From an uncultured Acidobacteriota bacterium (lineage in GTDB: Bacteria; Acidobacteriota; UBA6911): a stretch of DNA of 64,000 nucleotides. Positions 51,089 to 62,598 of the stretch are shown here, piece by piece. Within the stretch, counting starts at the first letter, position 1. Each line of letters starts with the position of its first letter. Below the pieces are notes generated by a model. It was given only the letters and a program-made list of their open reading frames with translations. It had not been told where the DNA came from and did not search any database. The translations under genes were made by a program, and so were the position numbers. Where the stretch lies: assembly GCA_963843575.1 (NCBI GenBank), contig CAWJKZ010000012.1, positions 192,001 through 256,000 of the forward strand. The letters run 5' to 3'.

Positions 51089-51851
51089 TCAGAATGGCAG
51101 GTAGTTCGGCCCGAAAACCATCTTGCCGCCCAGATGACCGGACACGAGCAACAGTGCCCCCGCGCCAGCCACGAGCAGCAGGTAGGACCAGCGCCCCTTG
51201 CCCCTGGCGCTGAAACGCTCGCGCAGCGCCGTGCGTAGAACCAGCGCCGCGACGCACAGGACAGCCGCGGCGACGTTCATGTTCCGATGCGGCACCATCA
51301 GCGCCCGGAACGCCGGGTCGTCGCCCATCGAGGACGCGCGCAGGAATCCCGTCAGCGCCGCCGGGACGAAACTGAGGCACGCCAGGACCAGCAGCGGGAA
51401 CCCCGCCCTGGACAGGTCGTCCCGCCCCGTGAGCAGCGCCGCAGCCTCCGCCACCACCAGGAGAAAGACCCAGGCAATCGGGAAGTGCACCAGCGCCGGA
51501 TGCATCCGTCCGAGCAGGCTGCCCCCGGCAGGAGGCGACACCGGCGTCACCTCCTGCACCGCCGTGCACCTCCTGCACGTCCTGCACGTCCGGGACCTGC
51601 GCCGGACCCGCAGCCTGGCCGGGCGTCGACGCCCGGGCCGGCCGCGCTGCGACCGCCAGGAACCACGTCCCGGCAACCAGCAGGAACAGGAGCGCGGCGC
51701 ATCTCGAGGCGACAGACGTGAGTGTAACGCCGGGCGCTTGCCCTGGGTTCTCACATGGGATCGCTTCGCAGTCCGCCGAATCGAGCGCCGCGGGAATGGC
51801 ACTGAGAGCCCGCCCGGGGCGGCACAACGGCTCGCGTGAATTCGCAGACAC
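51089..51851 (-). CDS. DUF2231-like four-TM membrane protein (His-ligated heme b candidate); frameshift near 51535, start uncertain
   Basis: GRMHPALVHFPIAW, AALTG, H..M, SGHLGGKMVFG. Confidence 0.75.
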
Positions 51852-51855
51852 AGTC

Positions 51856-52287
51856 TTACTCCATCGAGAAAATGATCCGGCTCTTCTGGTCGTCCAGGGT
51901 CGCCTCGAACACCTGCAGCGGCCGTTCCGCCGGCCCGTTCAGGACTGTTCCGTCGAGAGCATAGTTCGACCCGTGGCACGGGCAGACGATCCTCTTCTTG
52001 TCGCGGTCGTAGCCGACCGTGCACTGCCGGTGGGTGCAGATCGGGTCGAGCACGTGCACCGAGTCCTCCGCATCCCGGATGAACAGCAGTTCGCGGTTCT
52101 GGATCTTCAGCAAGGCCGAACCGCCCGGGGCCTTCAGCTTCTCCGCCTTGTCGAGGGCCAGCGCGAGCTTCTTCTGGGCAAAGGCGACCCGAATCCCGGA
52201 AAACAACCCGACGACGCAGGCCGCCAGGCACCGGAGGGCTCCACGGCGATCGGTCGACAGACCCGCCATTGCGTTAGTTGCGGTCAT
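51856..52287 (-). CDS. Tat-exported Rieske [2Fe-2S] protein
   Basis: DRRGALRCL signal; CTHRQC and CPCHGS; GPAERPL. Confidence 0.92.
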   Translation of the reverse strand: MTATNAMAGLSTDRRGALRCLAACVVGLFSGIRVAFAQKKLALALDKAEKLKAPGGSALLKIQNRELLFIRDAEDSVHVLDPICTHRQCTVGYDRDKKRIVCPCHGSNYALDGTVLNGPAERPLQVFEATLDDQKSRIIFSME

Positions 52288-52299
52288 GATCTTCTCCTG

Positions 52300-53590
52300 T
52301 CAGTTGATATGGGACGCTCTGCCCGGTGTGACGGGGATCGCGCTGAAAAGCCCCTGGTTCTGCGTGAGCGCGACCACCGAGAATTTCCTGCCATCCTGGC
52401 CGATCAGGACCGCCGTGCCCCTGAAGGTCTTGCTGGCCGCGGGATCTTCGAAGAAGAACCGGGCGACCTGATGCCCCGGCGCCAGCGTGATCGGCGAGAG
52501 CGTCGCGGCGACCGTGCCGTCTTCCCTGACGGTGACCACCTTGATGGTGACGGTGTCGGTGCCGCTGGGATTGGCGACTGCATAGCCGGTGAAGCTTTCG
52601 GCCGCCTCGTCGTCGAGCACCGGGATCGTCGCGCTCGAAACGGTCTCCGCCGACAGGACTCCCGCGCTCGTCGCGAGCCTGCCGCCCGAGACGAGCTGGA
52701 AGTTGGCCGACGCCTGCCAGCGTGCCGCCGGTGCTCTCCACGCGCGCCCAACCGGCCTTCGTGCCGTCGCCGGAGTTGACGGCGTTGGCGACGATGGTCT
52801 TCGCGCCCCCCGGCGCGATCGAAAGCGGGGAGGAAGACGCCAGCACCGGACCTGCATCGGGGGCGCTCGAGCCCGCCGAAGCCTCGGCCAGCGCCGCGTT
52901 GTAGGGCGCCCCGTCCTGGCCCGTGAGGATCAACGTCCCGCTGACCGGCGTGCTCCCGGTGTTGACGAGCGTGAAGAGCGTCGAATACCCTCCGCCTGCG
53001 GCCAGGTGCGCAAACAATGCCGTGGTCGGCATCGCCTCGGCGACGTTGCTCGTGGCCGTCGTCGTGTAGATGAAGTCCCCCTGGTTGTTGCCGTTGCCGT
53101 TCGCCGCGTTTCCCGCAGCCCCGAACCGAACGGCCCCGACGGCGGCGGCCGGCGCGATCCATTGGACCGTCCAGCTGCCGGAGTTCGTTCCTTGAGAGGT
53201 GCCCACCGAGGTGTGCTCGATGTACTGAATCCCACCGGCTGCCACGACCTGCGTTCGGTCGTCGGTCGCCGCCAGGGTGCCGGCCTGCAGCCTGGAGGAG
53301 ACCGCCCGCACGGCCATCTCGAACCCCCAGCGCGACTGTCCCGCCTTCTGCAGCGAAATCGTGATGGGATACGTCTGCCCGGGAGTGTAGTTGGCGGGCA
53401 CCCCGGATATCGTCAACGTCCCCCCCGCCGTAGTTGAGCGGGTTGCCGGTGTGACACGCGTGCAGTTCGCCTCGCCGAAATCCCCCGTGCGTGCCGTAGG
53501 CGGCCCCCCGGAGAATGCCAGCACGAAACTCGCGCCACAGCACAACGTGAAGAATCCCCACAGTGACAGTTTCCAACCCTTGTTTTCCAT
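52300..53590 (-). CDS. Secreted Reeler-like (choice-of-anchor V type) protein with a probable CxxCH heme motif and acidobacterial C-terminal beta-sandwich domains; indels
   Basis: Signal peptide; FSGGPP..TG.FGEANCT then ACHTGNPLN in the adjacent frame (compensating indels at about 53460 and 53420); YTPGQTYPI, WGFEM, YIEH, AANGNGNNQGD; FAHLAAGGGYST. Confidence 0.75.
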
Positions 53591-53646
53591 TATCTTCCTC
53601 CGGATCGCCGAGTTCGAGAGGCTTTGAGCCTTCGACGTGAGTTCTT

Positions 53647-53662
53647 TGCAATCGGGGAGCCA
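53647..53662 (-). promoter_or_regulatory. Sigma54 (-24/-12) promoter
   Basis: Minus strand TGGCTCCCCGATTGCA has exact GG-N10-GC spacing, 56 bp upstream of ATG 53590 and next to a GAFTGA activator gene. Confidence 0.8.
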
Positions 53663-53735
53663 ATCCGGGGATGACCAACGCTGGTACCGTTTTATTGGGA
53701 TTTGACGGGAATCCTACTGATCGCTAGTATTAGCA

Positions 53736-53757
53736 GTGACACAAAACGTGACAGTGT
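53736..53757. promoter_or_regulatory. Candidate enhancer (UAS) for the sigma54 activator
   Basis: GTGACA repeated twice (gtgacacaaaacgtgacagtg) about 75-95 bp upstream of the -24 box, separated from it by an AT-rich tract. Confidence 0.4.
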
Positions 53758-53816
53758 CCGAGCCGGTTCCGGCTCAATCCGTTACGCTCAAGTATACCGA
53801 ATCGAACTCAAGGCCC

Positions 53817-55256
<1,440 letters not shown>

Positions 55257-55291
55257 ACACTGGCCGAGCACTGGCTCACTCAGGAACCGGC

Positions 55292-56037
55292 ATGACATTC
55301 ACTCCGACTGTTCGCGGCGCTCACGCTCCTGCTCGCAAGCACCATCCAGGGGTAGCCCCGCCGGCAGTACCGGCAGCCGGCCGTCCGTCGTAGCGGGCGC
55401 GTCGAGATCGCGAACCCGAAGCTGAAGTTGCGCGGCGGCGGCACCGACGCCGGCGGCGTCGTGGTGTGGCTGGTGCCCCTGCAGGAGGAGCCGGGATCCG
55501 TCGCCGTCACACTTCCCAGGGCGAGAATCGAACAACACGACAAGCGATTCGTACCCCATGTCACCGTGATCCAGGTCGGCACCGAGGTCGATTTCCCCAA
55601 CAAGGATCCCGTTCTTCCACAACGTCTTCTCGACTTTCGACGGCAGGACCTTCGACCTGGGACTCTATGCGAACGGGGAGTCCCGTACGGTGCGCTTCAA
55701 CCGCCCCGGCATCTCGTACGTCTACTGCAATATCCATCCTCAAATGAGCGCTGTCGTCGTCGCAGTCGATACCCCGTATTTCACGTCGAGCGCACAGGAC
55801 GGGACTTTCTCGCTCAGGAACGTGCCGGCCGGCAGTTACCAGTTGCGCGTCTGGCATGAGCGGAGCGATCCGCAGCAGCTGGAGGCGCGGAGGCGGATCC
55901 TCGCCGTGGAACCTCCCGCGACGGACGCAGGCGTCATCCGGCTCGACGAGGCCGCGTACATCCCCACGGCGCACAAAGACAAACACGGCGAGGATTACCC
56001 CGACCAACGCGGGCTTCCCCAGTATCGCAGGCCTTAG
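55292..56037 (+). CDS. Secreted cupredoxin-like protein with carboxypeptidase-regulatory-like domain; frameshifts
   Basis: VVVWL.P, IEQHDKRFVPHV, FPNKD..HNVFS, FDLGLY, YCNIHPQM (His/Cys/His/Met copper-type ligands), VPAGSY.L.VWHE. Confidence 0.75.
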
Positions 56038-56064
56038 GGGCAATGAAAGACAAAAGCCAAAACA

Positions 56065-56147
56065 GAACGCAGATTCCGCGGATCCAACGGATTCACGCGG
56101 CCTGTCGCCAGGTCGATCCATGGGGATCCGCGCGCATCCGCGTCCTG
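56065..56147. repeat. Family B core periodic inverted repeat
   Basis: acgcagattccgcggatccaacggattcacgcgg ... gatccgcgcgcatccgcgtcctg. Confidence 0.65.
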
Positions 56148-56179
56148 AGGCCGGCCCGGGAGCCGGGAGGACACGCACG

Positions 56180-57937
56180 TTGAAACTGCGCGACAAGCTC
56201 TTCCTCAGCTACGGCTCGCTTTCGGTGGTGATCCTCCTGGCTGCGGCCTGGGTGATCGACAGGCAGGTCGTGGCCGAGGCGCGCCGGCAGGTGCAGGAAG
56301 AGATGAAGACCTCGCTGCCGCTCTACGAGGCGGTGTGGGAAGAACAGGCGGGCCGCCTCTCCGCGCTCGGGATGGCGATGGCCGGATCCCCGATCGCCAA
56401 GACGATCTTCGGGGATCCCCGCGCCGCGCGCGACACGGAGACGATCCGTCAGATGCTCTCGGACTTCGGCCAGCTGCTTTCCCACGACGTCGACCTCGTC
56501 GTGATCGCCGACGGCGGCGGCCACGTCGTGTTCGTCGAGGACCGGGGTCCCGGAAAGACGGAGGTCCGCGAACTTCCATCCGCCCGGATCGTCGCGGAGA
56601 CCCAGAAACCGGCGGAGTCCTTCGAGCTCGTCGACGGCCGCCTGTTTCACCTGGCGCTGGCCCCGGTCCTGTCGCATTCGGCCGAGCGCCGGACTCGACA
56701 ACACCCTCGTGGTGCTGGTCGCGGGTTCCGAACTGGACCGCCGCATGGCGGAGGAACTCAAGCGGCGCGCCCACAGCGACGTCGTCTTTTTCGCGGGTCA
56801 CCGTCTCTATTCGTCTTCGCTCCCCGCCGAGGCGGAGAGCACGGCCGGCCGGACCCTCGCCGATGGGATGCCCGCCAGACCGAACCCACCGAGATCCTGT
56901 TGGGCGGCGAGGGTCACCTCGCCTTCGCCCGCCCGCTCGCCTCGCTCGACCGCCGCTTCGAGGGGCGCGTCGTCGTGCTGCACTCCCTGGGCGCGGCCGT
57001 CAAACTCTTCCACGCGATTTCCGGCAGGCTCGTCCTGGTCGGCTCGGCCAGCATCGCGCTCGTGCTGCTGATCAGCTACTACCTCGCCCGGAGAATCACC
57101 CGCCCCATCGAGGCGCTGGCCCTCGGCGCGCGGGAGTTCGGCAGGGGAAACTACGAGCACCCGATCGGCACCTCGCCGGGCGGCGAGATCGGACAGCTGG
57201 CGGCTGCCTTCGAACAGATGCGGCGCTCCGTGCGGGAGGGTCAGGCCGTGCTGCTGCGCGCCGAGCGCCTCACCGCCGTCGGCCGGATGGCGAGCGGCAT
57301 CATCCACGATCTCCGCAGCCCGCTCGCCGCCATCTCGACCGCCGCCGAACTCTTCGCCACCAGGGAACTCCCCGCCGAAAACCGGCAGATGCTGGCCGAG
57401 AACCAGCTGAAGGCGGCGCGGCGCATGGCGACCATGCTCAGGGACCTGCTCGAATTCGCGCGCGGCAGATACGCGCTCAACCTCGAACGCCATGAACTCG
57501 CCCCGCTGATTCAGGCAGTGGCCCGGGAAACCGTCTCCTCGGCCTCCACCCCGGGACTCGCCGTCGACATCCAGGTGCCGCCCGGGATCTACGTCCGGGT
57601 GGACCGCGAACGGCTGCGCCGCCTGTTTGTCAACCTCCTGGTCAATTCCGTCCAGGCCATGCCTGGGGGAGGGACCATCACGATCCGCGCCGCCTCCACG
57701 GGCCGGAGCGTCCGGATCAATGTCGCAGACACGGGCGCGGGCATCCCGAGCCAGCTCCGGGACCGGCTGTTCGAACCGTTTGTCAGCCACGGCAAAGAAG
57801 GGGGCACCGGGCTCGGACTGGCCGTCGCCAGCAGCATCGCCGAAGGGCATGGCGGCTCCCTCACGCTGGCCTCCGCCGTCGGCCAGCCCGCCGACTTCTG
57901 CGTCGAACTCCCCCTCGCCCCGGAGGAACAACCGTGA
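56180..57937 (+). CDS. Membrane sensor histidine kinase (periplasmic domain, HAMP, HisKA, HATPase)
   Basis: GGGAGG RBS and TTG start; two TMs, ITRPIEAL..GEIGQLAAAFEQM, HDLRSPL, NLLVNS, DTGAG, GTGLGL; compensating indels near 56690 and 56870. Confidence 0.9.
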   Translation: MKLRDKLFLSYGSLSVVILLAAAWVIDRQVVAEARRQVQEEMKTSLPLYEAVWEEQAGRLSALGMAMAGSPIAKTIFGDPRAARDTETIRQMLSDFGQLLSHDVDLVVIADGGGHVVFVEDRGPGKTEVRELPSARIVAETQKPAESFELVDGRLFHLALAPVLSHSAERRTRQHPRGAGRGFRTGPPHGGGTQAARPQRRRLFRGSPSLFVFAPRRGGEHGRPDPRRWDARQTEPTEILLGGEGHLAFARPLASLDRRFEGRVVVLHSLGAAVKLFHAISGRLVLVGSASIALVLLISYYLARRITRPIEALALGAREFGRGNYEHPIGTSPGGEIGQLAAAFEQMRRSVREGQAVLLRAERLTAVGRMASGIIHDLRSPLAAISTAAELFATRELPAENRQMLAENQLKAARRMATMLRDLLEFARGRYALNLERHELAPLIQAVARETVSSASTPGLAVDIQVPPGIYVRVDRERLRRLFVNLLVNSVQAMPGGGTITIRAASTGRSVRINVADTGAGIPSQLRDRLFEPFVSHGKEGGTGLGLAVASSIAEGHGGSLTLASAVGQPADFCVELPLAPEEQP

Positions 57938-58317
57938 CGGGTAAGATCCTGCTGGTCGAAGACGATCCGACCTTCCGGGCAGTCCTCGCCCTGGCGCTCG
58001 AACTGCAGGGCTACGTCGTCCGCCAGGCGTCGTGCGGCCGGAGCGCGCTCGACCTGCTGGAGAGCGAAATACCCGACATCATCATCTCGGACCTGGAGAT
58101 GGGCGGCATGGACGGACGGGCGTTCTGCAAACACACCCGGGCAGATGCGAAATTCTCCCGCATCCCGTTCGTCATCCTGTCCGCATTTGTGGACCCGGGC
58201 GTCGCCACCGGCCTGGCCGATTTGCCCGCCGACCGCTGCCTGAGCAAGCAGATTCCCGTCGCAGAACTGACCCGGTTGATCGAGGAACTGCTCGCAGCGC
58301 ACGGGAAGACCCCGTAG
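57934..58317 (+). CDS. Single-domain response regulator (CheY-like)
   Basis: ILLVEDD, IISDLEMGGMDG, ILSA, LSK. Confidence 0.88.
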   Translation: MTGKILLVEDDPTFRAVLALALELQGYVVRQASCGRSALDLLESEIPDIIISDLEMGGMDGRAFCKHTRADAKFSRIPFVILSAFVDPGVATGLADLPADRCLSKQIPVAELTRLIEELLAAHGKTP

Positions 58318-58349
58318 TGGTCAATTACATAGATACGATGACCTGTTTT

Positions 58350-58382
58350 CGGACGCGGATGGACGCGGACCCACGCAGATCA
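58350..58382. repeat. Family B core periodic repeat (single arm)
   Basis: ggacgcggatggacgcggacccacgcagat. Confidence 0.5.
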
Positions 58383-58427
58383 AAAACAAAAACACTGGTG
58401 ACATTCCGCTTTCGGGAGACAGGCGCC

Positions 58428-59892
58428 ATGAGAATCCGCCACACCGCCTTTGCCGTCGTTTAGCGTCCTTCGTCGGGGCGGTGCCGTCCGCCTCCCCGAT
58501 CGATCAACCGGACCTGCAGGAGCAGGTGCGCAGGAGCGTCGAACTCAACGAAAGGCTCGAGCGGCTGCTCGTGGAGACCCGCCGGGAGGTGCAGGAGCTC
58601 CGCGAGGAAGTGGACCGGCTGCGGGCCAGCCTCACACCCAAGCAGCCCGCCCGGCCGGCGCCCCCCGCAGTCCCTGGCGACGAGCTGCCGGCGCGGCTGA
58701 ACCGCATCGAAGAGCAGGTCGAGGTCAACGCGGCCCAGATCAAAGAGCAGGCCCAGACGCAAGGTCGAGAGCGACTCCCGCTTCCACGTGCGCCTGTTCG
58801 GCACCGTGCTGTACAACTCCTTCTACAACTCGCACGACACCGCCGAGGACGCCGTCCCCACCGCCGCACCCCCAGGCTCGGCCAGGACCCCATAGGGACG
58901 ACGGCAACTTCGGCGCGACGTTGCGCCAGACCTCTTTGGGGTTCGCCCTGGCCGGCCCCAAACTCGGCGAGGCGAGGCTCAGCGCCGACGCCGAATTCGA
59001 TTTCTACGGGGGCACCCCCGGGGCGTACGGGAGCGACCCGCTCGGCGCCTTGCGCCTGCGCACCGCCGCGGCCCGCCTGGACGCGCGCAACGACTCGCTC
59101 GCCCTCGGGCTGATGGAGCCCATGATCTCCCCCTTGAGCCCGTCGTCCCTCGCCGCCGTGTACTACCCGCCGCTCGGCGACTCCGGGAACCTGTGGCAGT
59201 GGCTGCCTCAGACCACGGCGGAGCACCGCATACCCCTGGGCGACGCGGGCTCGCTGATCCTCCAGGGCGGGCTGATGCTGCCGTCGGGAGAGAATTTCTA
59301 CGGCAGGAACCTTCAAGGGAGGCCGGGCTACGAGTTCCGGTCGGCCTACGCCCGGGATCTCGACACCGACCGGCGGCTGCAGGTGGGAGTCGGCGGCTAC
59401 ATCCACCCGCAGAGCTTCGGCTACGGCCGCAAGGTCAATTCATACGCGGTCACCGGCGACTGGCGCATCCCGCTCCACAAACGGCTGGAGCTCAGCGGCG
59501 AAGCGTACTACGGGCAGAGCATCACCCTGAAAGCCCCCGGCGGCGCGGACGTCACCAGCCTGTTCGGCTACAGCGGCGGGCCCGACGACCCCCGCAGCGC
59601 GTTCTGGGGGATCCGCTCCGCCGGAGGCTGGGTCCAGCTGCGCGCCCGGGCGACCCCCAGGCTCGAGTTCAACGCAGCCTGCGGTTCCGACGACCCGCGT
59701 AACCGCGACATCTTCGCCGGGCTTTTCCGGTCCACCGCGACGCTCGCGAACCGGACGTTCTCGGTGAACTCGATCTATCAGCTCCGATCAAATTTCCTGC
59801 TGTCCCTGGAGTACCGGCGCCTATCGACCGTTTACCCGGACGGGCGCAGCTCCAGCGACCACGTCAACCTCGCGGTCGGCTACCTCTTCTGA
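58428..59892 (+). CDS. Outer-membrane porin-like protein with N-terminal coiled coil (DcaP-like); frameshifts
   Basis: Coiled coil (VQELREEVDRLR), EQAQTKVES, GATLRQT.LG, DFYGG, SPLSPSSLA, GNLWQWLPQ, SLEYRR, C-terminal GYLF. Confidence 0.75.
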
Positions 59893-59920
59893 ACTTGGAG
59901 ATTCTTAGGGTTCGCGCAAG

Positions 59921-60033
59921 AGTACTCGTGTTCATGAATACGCTAACGTTTCCAGTACGCGGATTTGCGCGGATTCACGCGGATATCGACTTGGCCGATC
60001 CGCGTGAATCCGTTAAATCCGCGTCCTGCTGTC
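59921..60033. mobile_element. Family B element, short copy (left terminus plus periodic core)
   Basis: AGTACTCGTGTTCATGAATACGCTAACGTTTCCAG..GCGGATTTGCGCGGATTCACGCGGAT ... ATCCGCGTGAATCCG, matching the 24296 copy. Confidence 0.75.
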
Positions 60034-60060
60034 TTAATGCGGTGGGCAGCTCGAAGGGGG

Positions 60061-61203
60061 TCAGGGCTTGTTCGAGAAGACGTGGACGTGCCGGTCCGTC
60101 CCGGGCACGTGGAGGTTCCCGCGCGAGTCGAACGAGGGGCGCGCCTCGACAGAACGCGGGAGCTCGAAAACGGGGCGGCCGACGCCATTGGTCCCGACGA
60201 CGTGGAGCACCCCGAGAGCGTCGGCGGCAAACACAGTCCCGCCGCCGTCGAACACCGGGCCGGCCAGGAAGTATTCGCCCCCCGAAGCGTACCGGTACAC
60301 GAGTGACCCGTCCGGGGTCAGCGAGTGCACGAGGCCACCCCGGTCCGCCACCGCGATCGTCCCGTCCCGCGCTACCGCGGGAGTGGCGCCGACCGCAACC
60401 GGGAAGTTCCGGCTCCAGGCCATCGCCGCGTGCTCGAGCGACCAGGCCTTCAGCACTCCGCTGCGGGCAGCGTTCGCCACGACGTAGACGATTTTCCGCT
60501 CCTGGTCCACCACGGGTGCGGCGGAGACCAGCGCCCGGTTGGCGGGACCCGTCTCCCCCTCGGGCTGCTGGTCGAGGACGGCTTCCTTCCCATCCGACCC
60601 GATGCGGACAAACTGCACTCCCGTCTTCGCCACCGCGCGCAGGCAGTAGATGTTGTCGTCCGCGTCGGCCGACGCGGCGGCATAGGGCGATATGCCGGCG
60701 TCCCAGGACTGCTGCTCCTTGCCGGTCGCGCCGTCGAGGCAGACGAAGCGCCCGCCCCAGCTGCTCAGGACGAGGGCGCCGCGCCGCAGGACAAAAAGCA
60801 GGTCCGAGAGTATCCGGGCGTCGGACTTTGTCGGGATCTCGGTGCGCCACGCGACCGAGCCGCCGGCCGTGTCGAAGGCGTACACCCGGCCGTCGTGTGT
60901 GCCGACAAAAAGCGCCCCCCTTCCCGGGTGGAGGGCCGGGGTCGCGGAGATCCCGGCCTCCAGGCGCTTCTGCCACAGCAGCCGGCCGCCGGGAGCGAAG
61001 GCCTGCACGCCGCCCGCCATGTCCACGACATAGGCCCGGTCGCGCGCGTCGAATACGACGGAGGCACGCACGGCTCCGAGGGTGGACAGGACACGGTCAG
61101 GCCGCCCGGCCAGCGCAACGGCCCCGGCGAAGGCGCCACGCCGGGAGTTGGCGCCGCCTGCCGTGCACCAGGCTGTTTGCGGTCGGGAAGGCAGTGCAGA
61201 CAT
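60061..61203 (-). CDS. PQQ-like / BamB-type beta-propeller protein
   Basis: Repeated A.P....G.l.vG..DG.vYA.D...G...W units. Confidence 0.75.
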   Translation of the reverse strand: MSALPSRPQTAWCTAGGANSRRGAFAGAVALAGRPDRVLSTLGAVRASVVFDARDRAYVVDMAGGVQAFAPGGRLLWQKRLEAGISATPALHPGRGALFVGTHDGRVYAFDTAGGSVAWRTEIPTKSDARILSDLLFVLRRGALVLSSWGGRFVCLDGATGKEQQSWDAGISPYAAASADADDNIYCLRAVAKTGVQFVRIGSDGKEAVLDQQPEGETGPANRALVSAAPVVDQERKIVYVVANAARSGVLKAWSLEHAAMAWSRNFPVAVGATPAVARDGTIAVADRGGLVHSLTPDGSLVYRYASGGEYFLAGPVFDGGGTVFAADALGVLHVVGTNGVGRPVFELPRSVEARPSFDSRGNLHVPGTDRHVHVFSNKP

Positions 61204-61232
61204 CGGAGCCTTTTGATCTCAGTATTCTTCGC

Positions 61233-62456
61233 TCACCGTTCGGGACGGACGCGCCGGTACGTCGGCTGATACTCGAAACGGGCGGACTCCAGGTCGAGGC
61301 CGGCCACTTCCAGCTGCTTCAGCCGATTCTCCCCGAGACCCCGGCGGCGGGCCAGGGCCAGGTAGTTGATGCCGTTGGCAAACGGGTGCGTCCGGTCCGC
61401 GGCCTCCGGGTCGAACCCCATCACCACGGCCGCCACCGCGTCGGTGCAGACGGCGTTGCGCCCGGCCAGCAACAGGCCGGGACGCGTCACCGAAACCATC
61501 GAGCCGTTCCACCACCCCTCGGCCGTCTGGATCACGCTTATCGCGTCGAGCACGACCAGGTCGATCGGGAACGCCGCGTTGAGGTCCACGATGAAACGCG
61601 GCACGTTGTTGCCGTGATCCCCCGTCACCGGCGTCCCCGTGAAATAGTCCGCGGAGGTCAGAGGCTTGCGCGTGCACGTGTGCATCACGCGGTTGCGATA
61701 GTCCAGCGCGTCCTCGTCGGGGTGGTCCGCCAGGTCGTCCCCGTAGAGGCTGCTGGGCGGGATGCCGAAGAGGTTTTTCATCCCCCCGGTGATCCCCCCG
61801 GAGACGTGGCTCTTCAATTTGCCCAGCGACACCAGCACGTCGGTCTGGGTGTAGAGCTGGTTGACCTCCCAGGCGGAGGCCAGATCGCCCCCGGGAACCT
61901 TCACGACGGAGTAGCCGCCGTAAGGACCGCGGTTGCGCGTGTTCGCAAAGCGGGCGCGCCCTTCCATCGCGTCGGCGAACGCCCGGGCGTCGAAACCGTA
62001 GCCGGCAAATGCCGCCTCGTCCAGCTCGCGGAAGGGGAGCTGGTCGCAGAAGGTCACCCGCCGCGCGCCGTAATCGACCAGCAGGCTGCCGAGGGCCATC
62101 GCGACCGTCGGGTGCGCCGTGACCGTCAGGCAGAGCGGGATTCCGGCGACGTGCTCCAGGGACGTGTTCACCAGGTTGACCTTCACCGTGACGTGACGTC
62201 CCTTGACCAGCGCACGCACGCCCCCCGCATCCTCGAGCAGCCGCGCCAGGGTCTGGCGGACCTCCGCGAACCCGTACCGCTTGCACAGGCCGATGGCCGT
62301 CACCGCGCGCGGCGCGGGGATCTCGGGCAGCGCGGGGATGGGCAGCGCCGAGGCGGCGGGGACCAGCGCCGCGGCTGCCACGCACCGGAGGAAATCACGG
62401 CGCGAGGGCCATCCCCCCGGGCACTGGGGGGCTCTGCGGAAATCAACCGGCTTCAT
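61233..62456 (-). CDS. DUF362-domain protein with Tat signal
   Basis: SRRDFLRC signal; VTVKVNL, TAHP.V, VSLGKLKSH..GITGGMKNLFG, DL.VLDAI, DAVAA.VMGFDP. Confidence 0.8.
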   Translation of the reverse strand: MKPVDFRRAPQCPGGWPSRRDFLRCVAAAALVPAASALPIPALPEIPAPRAVTAIGLCKRYGFAEVRQTLARLLEDAGGVRALVKGRHVTVKVNLVNTSLEHVAGIPLCLTVTAHPTVAMALGSLLVDYGARRVTFCDQLPFRELDEAAFAGYGFDARAFADAMEGRARFANTRNRGPYGGYSVVKVPGGDLASAWEVNQLYTQTDVLVSLGKLKSHVSGGITGGMKNLFGIPPSSLYGDDLADHPDEDALDYRNRVMHTCTRKPLTSADYFTGTPVTGDHGNNVPRFIVDLNAAFPIDLVVLDAISVIQTAEGWWNGSMVSVTRPGLLLAGRNAVCTDAVAAVVMGFDPEAADRTHPFANGINYLALARRRGLGENRLKQLEVAGLDLESARFEYQPTYRRVRPER

Positions 62457-62530
62457 ACTGTCGGCCACCCCTTCGTTCAGGAAACATTATCCCACGCGTG
62501 AAGTTACCCGCGAGGAGAATCGTCTCCAGA

Positions 62531-62590
62531 CAGGACGCGGATTTCCGCGGGTCTAACGGATTCTCCGTGGATCCGCGTCAATCGGCGTCC
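62531..62590. repeat. Family B core periodic inverted repeat
   Basis: caggacgcggatttccgcgggtctaacggatt ... atccgcgtcaatcggcgtcc. Confidence 0.6.
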
Positions 62591-62598
62591 GGAGAAAT

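Noticed and set aside
51551-51592. 9-bp tandem repeat (TCCTGCACG) in the DUF2231-like gene as a contingency locus
   Set aside because: Only a few imperfect units, with unit length a multiple of 3, in a low-complexity linker.
59895-62501. 868-aa plus-strand ORF and similar long Arg/Pro/Gly-rich ORFs (559-2367, 3696-5624, 43096-44520)
   Set aside because: High-GC shadow or alternative frames of well-supported genes, with no recognisable motifs.
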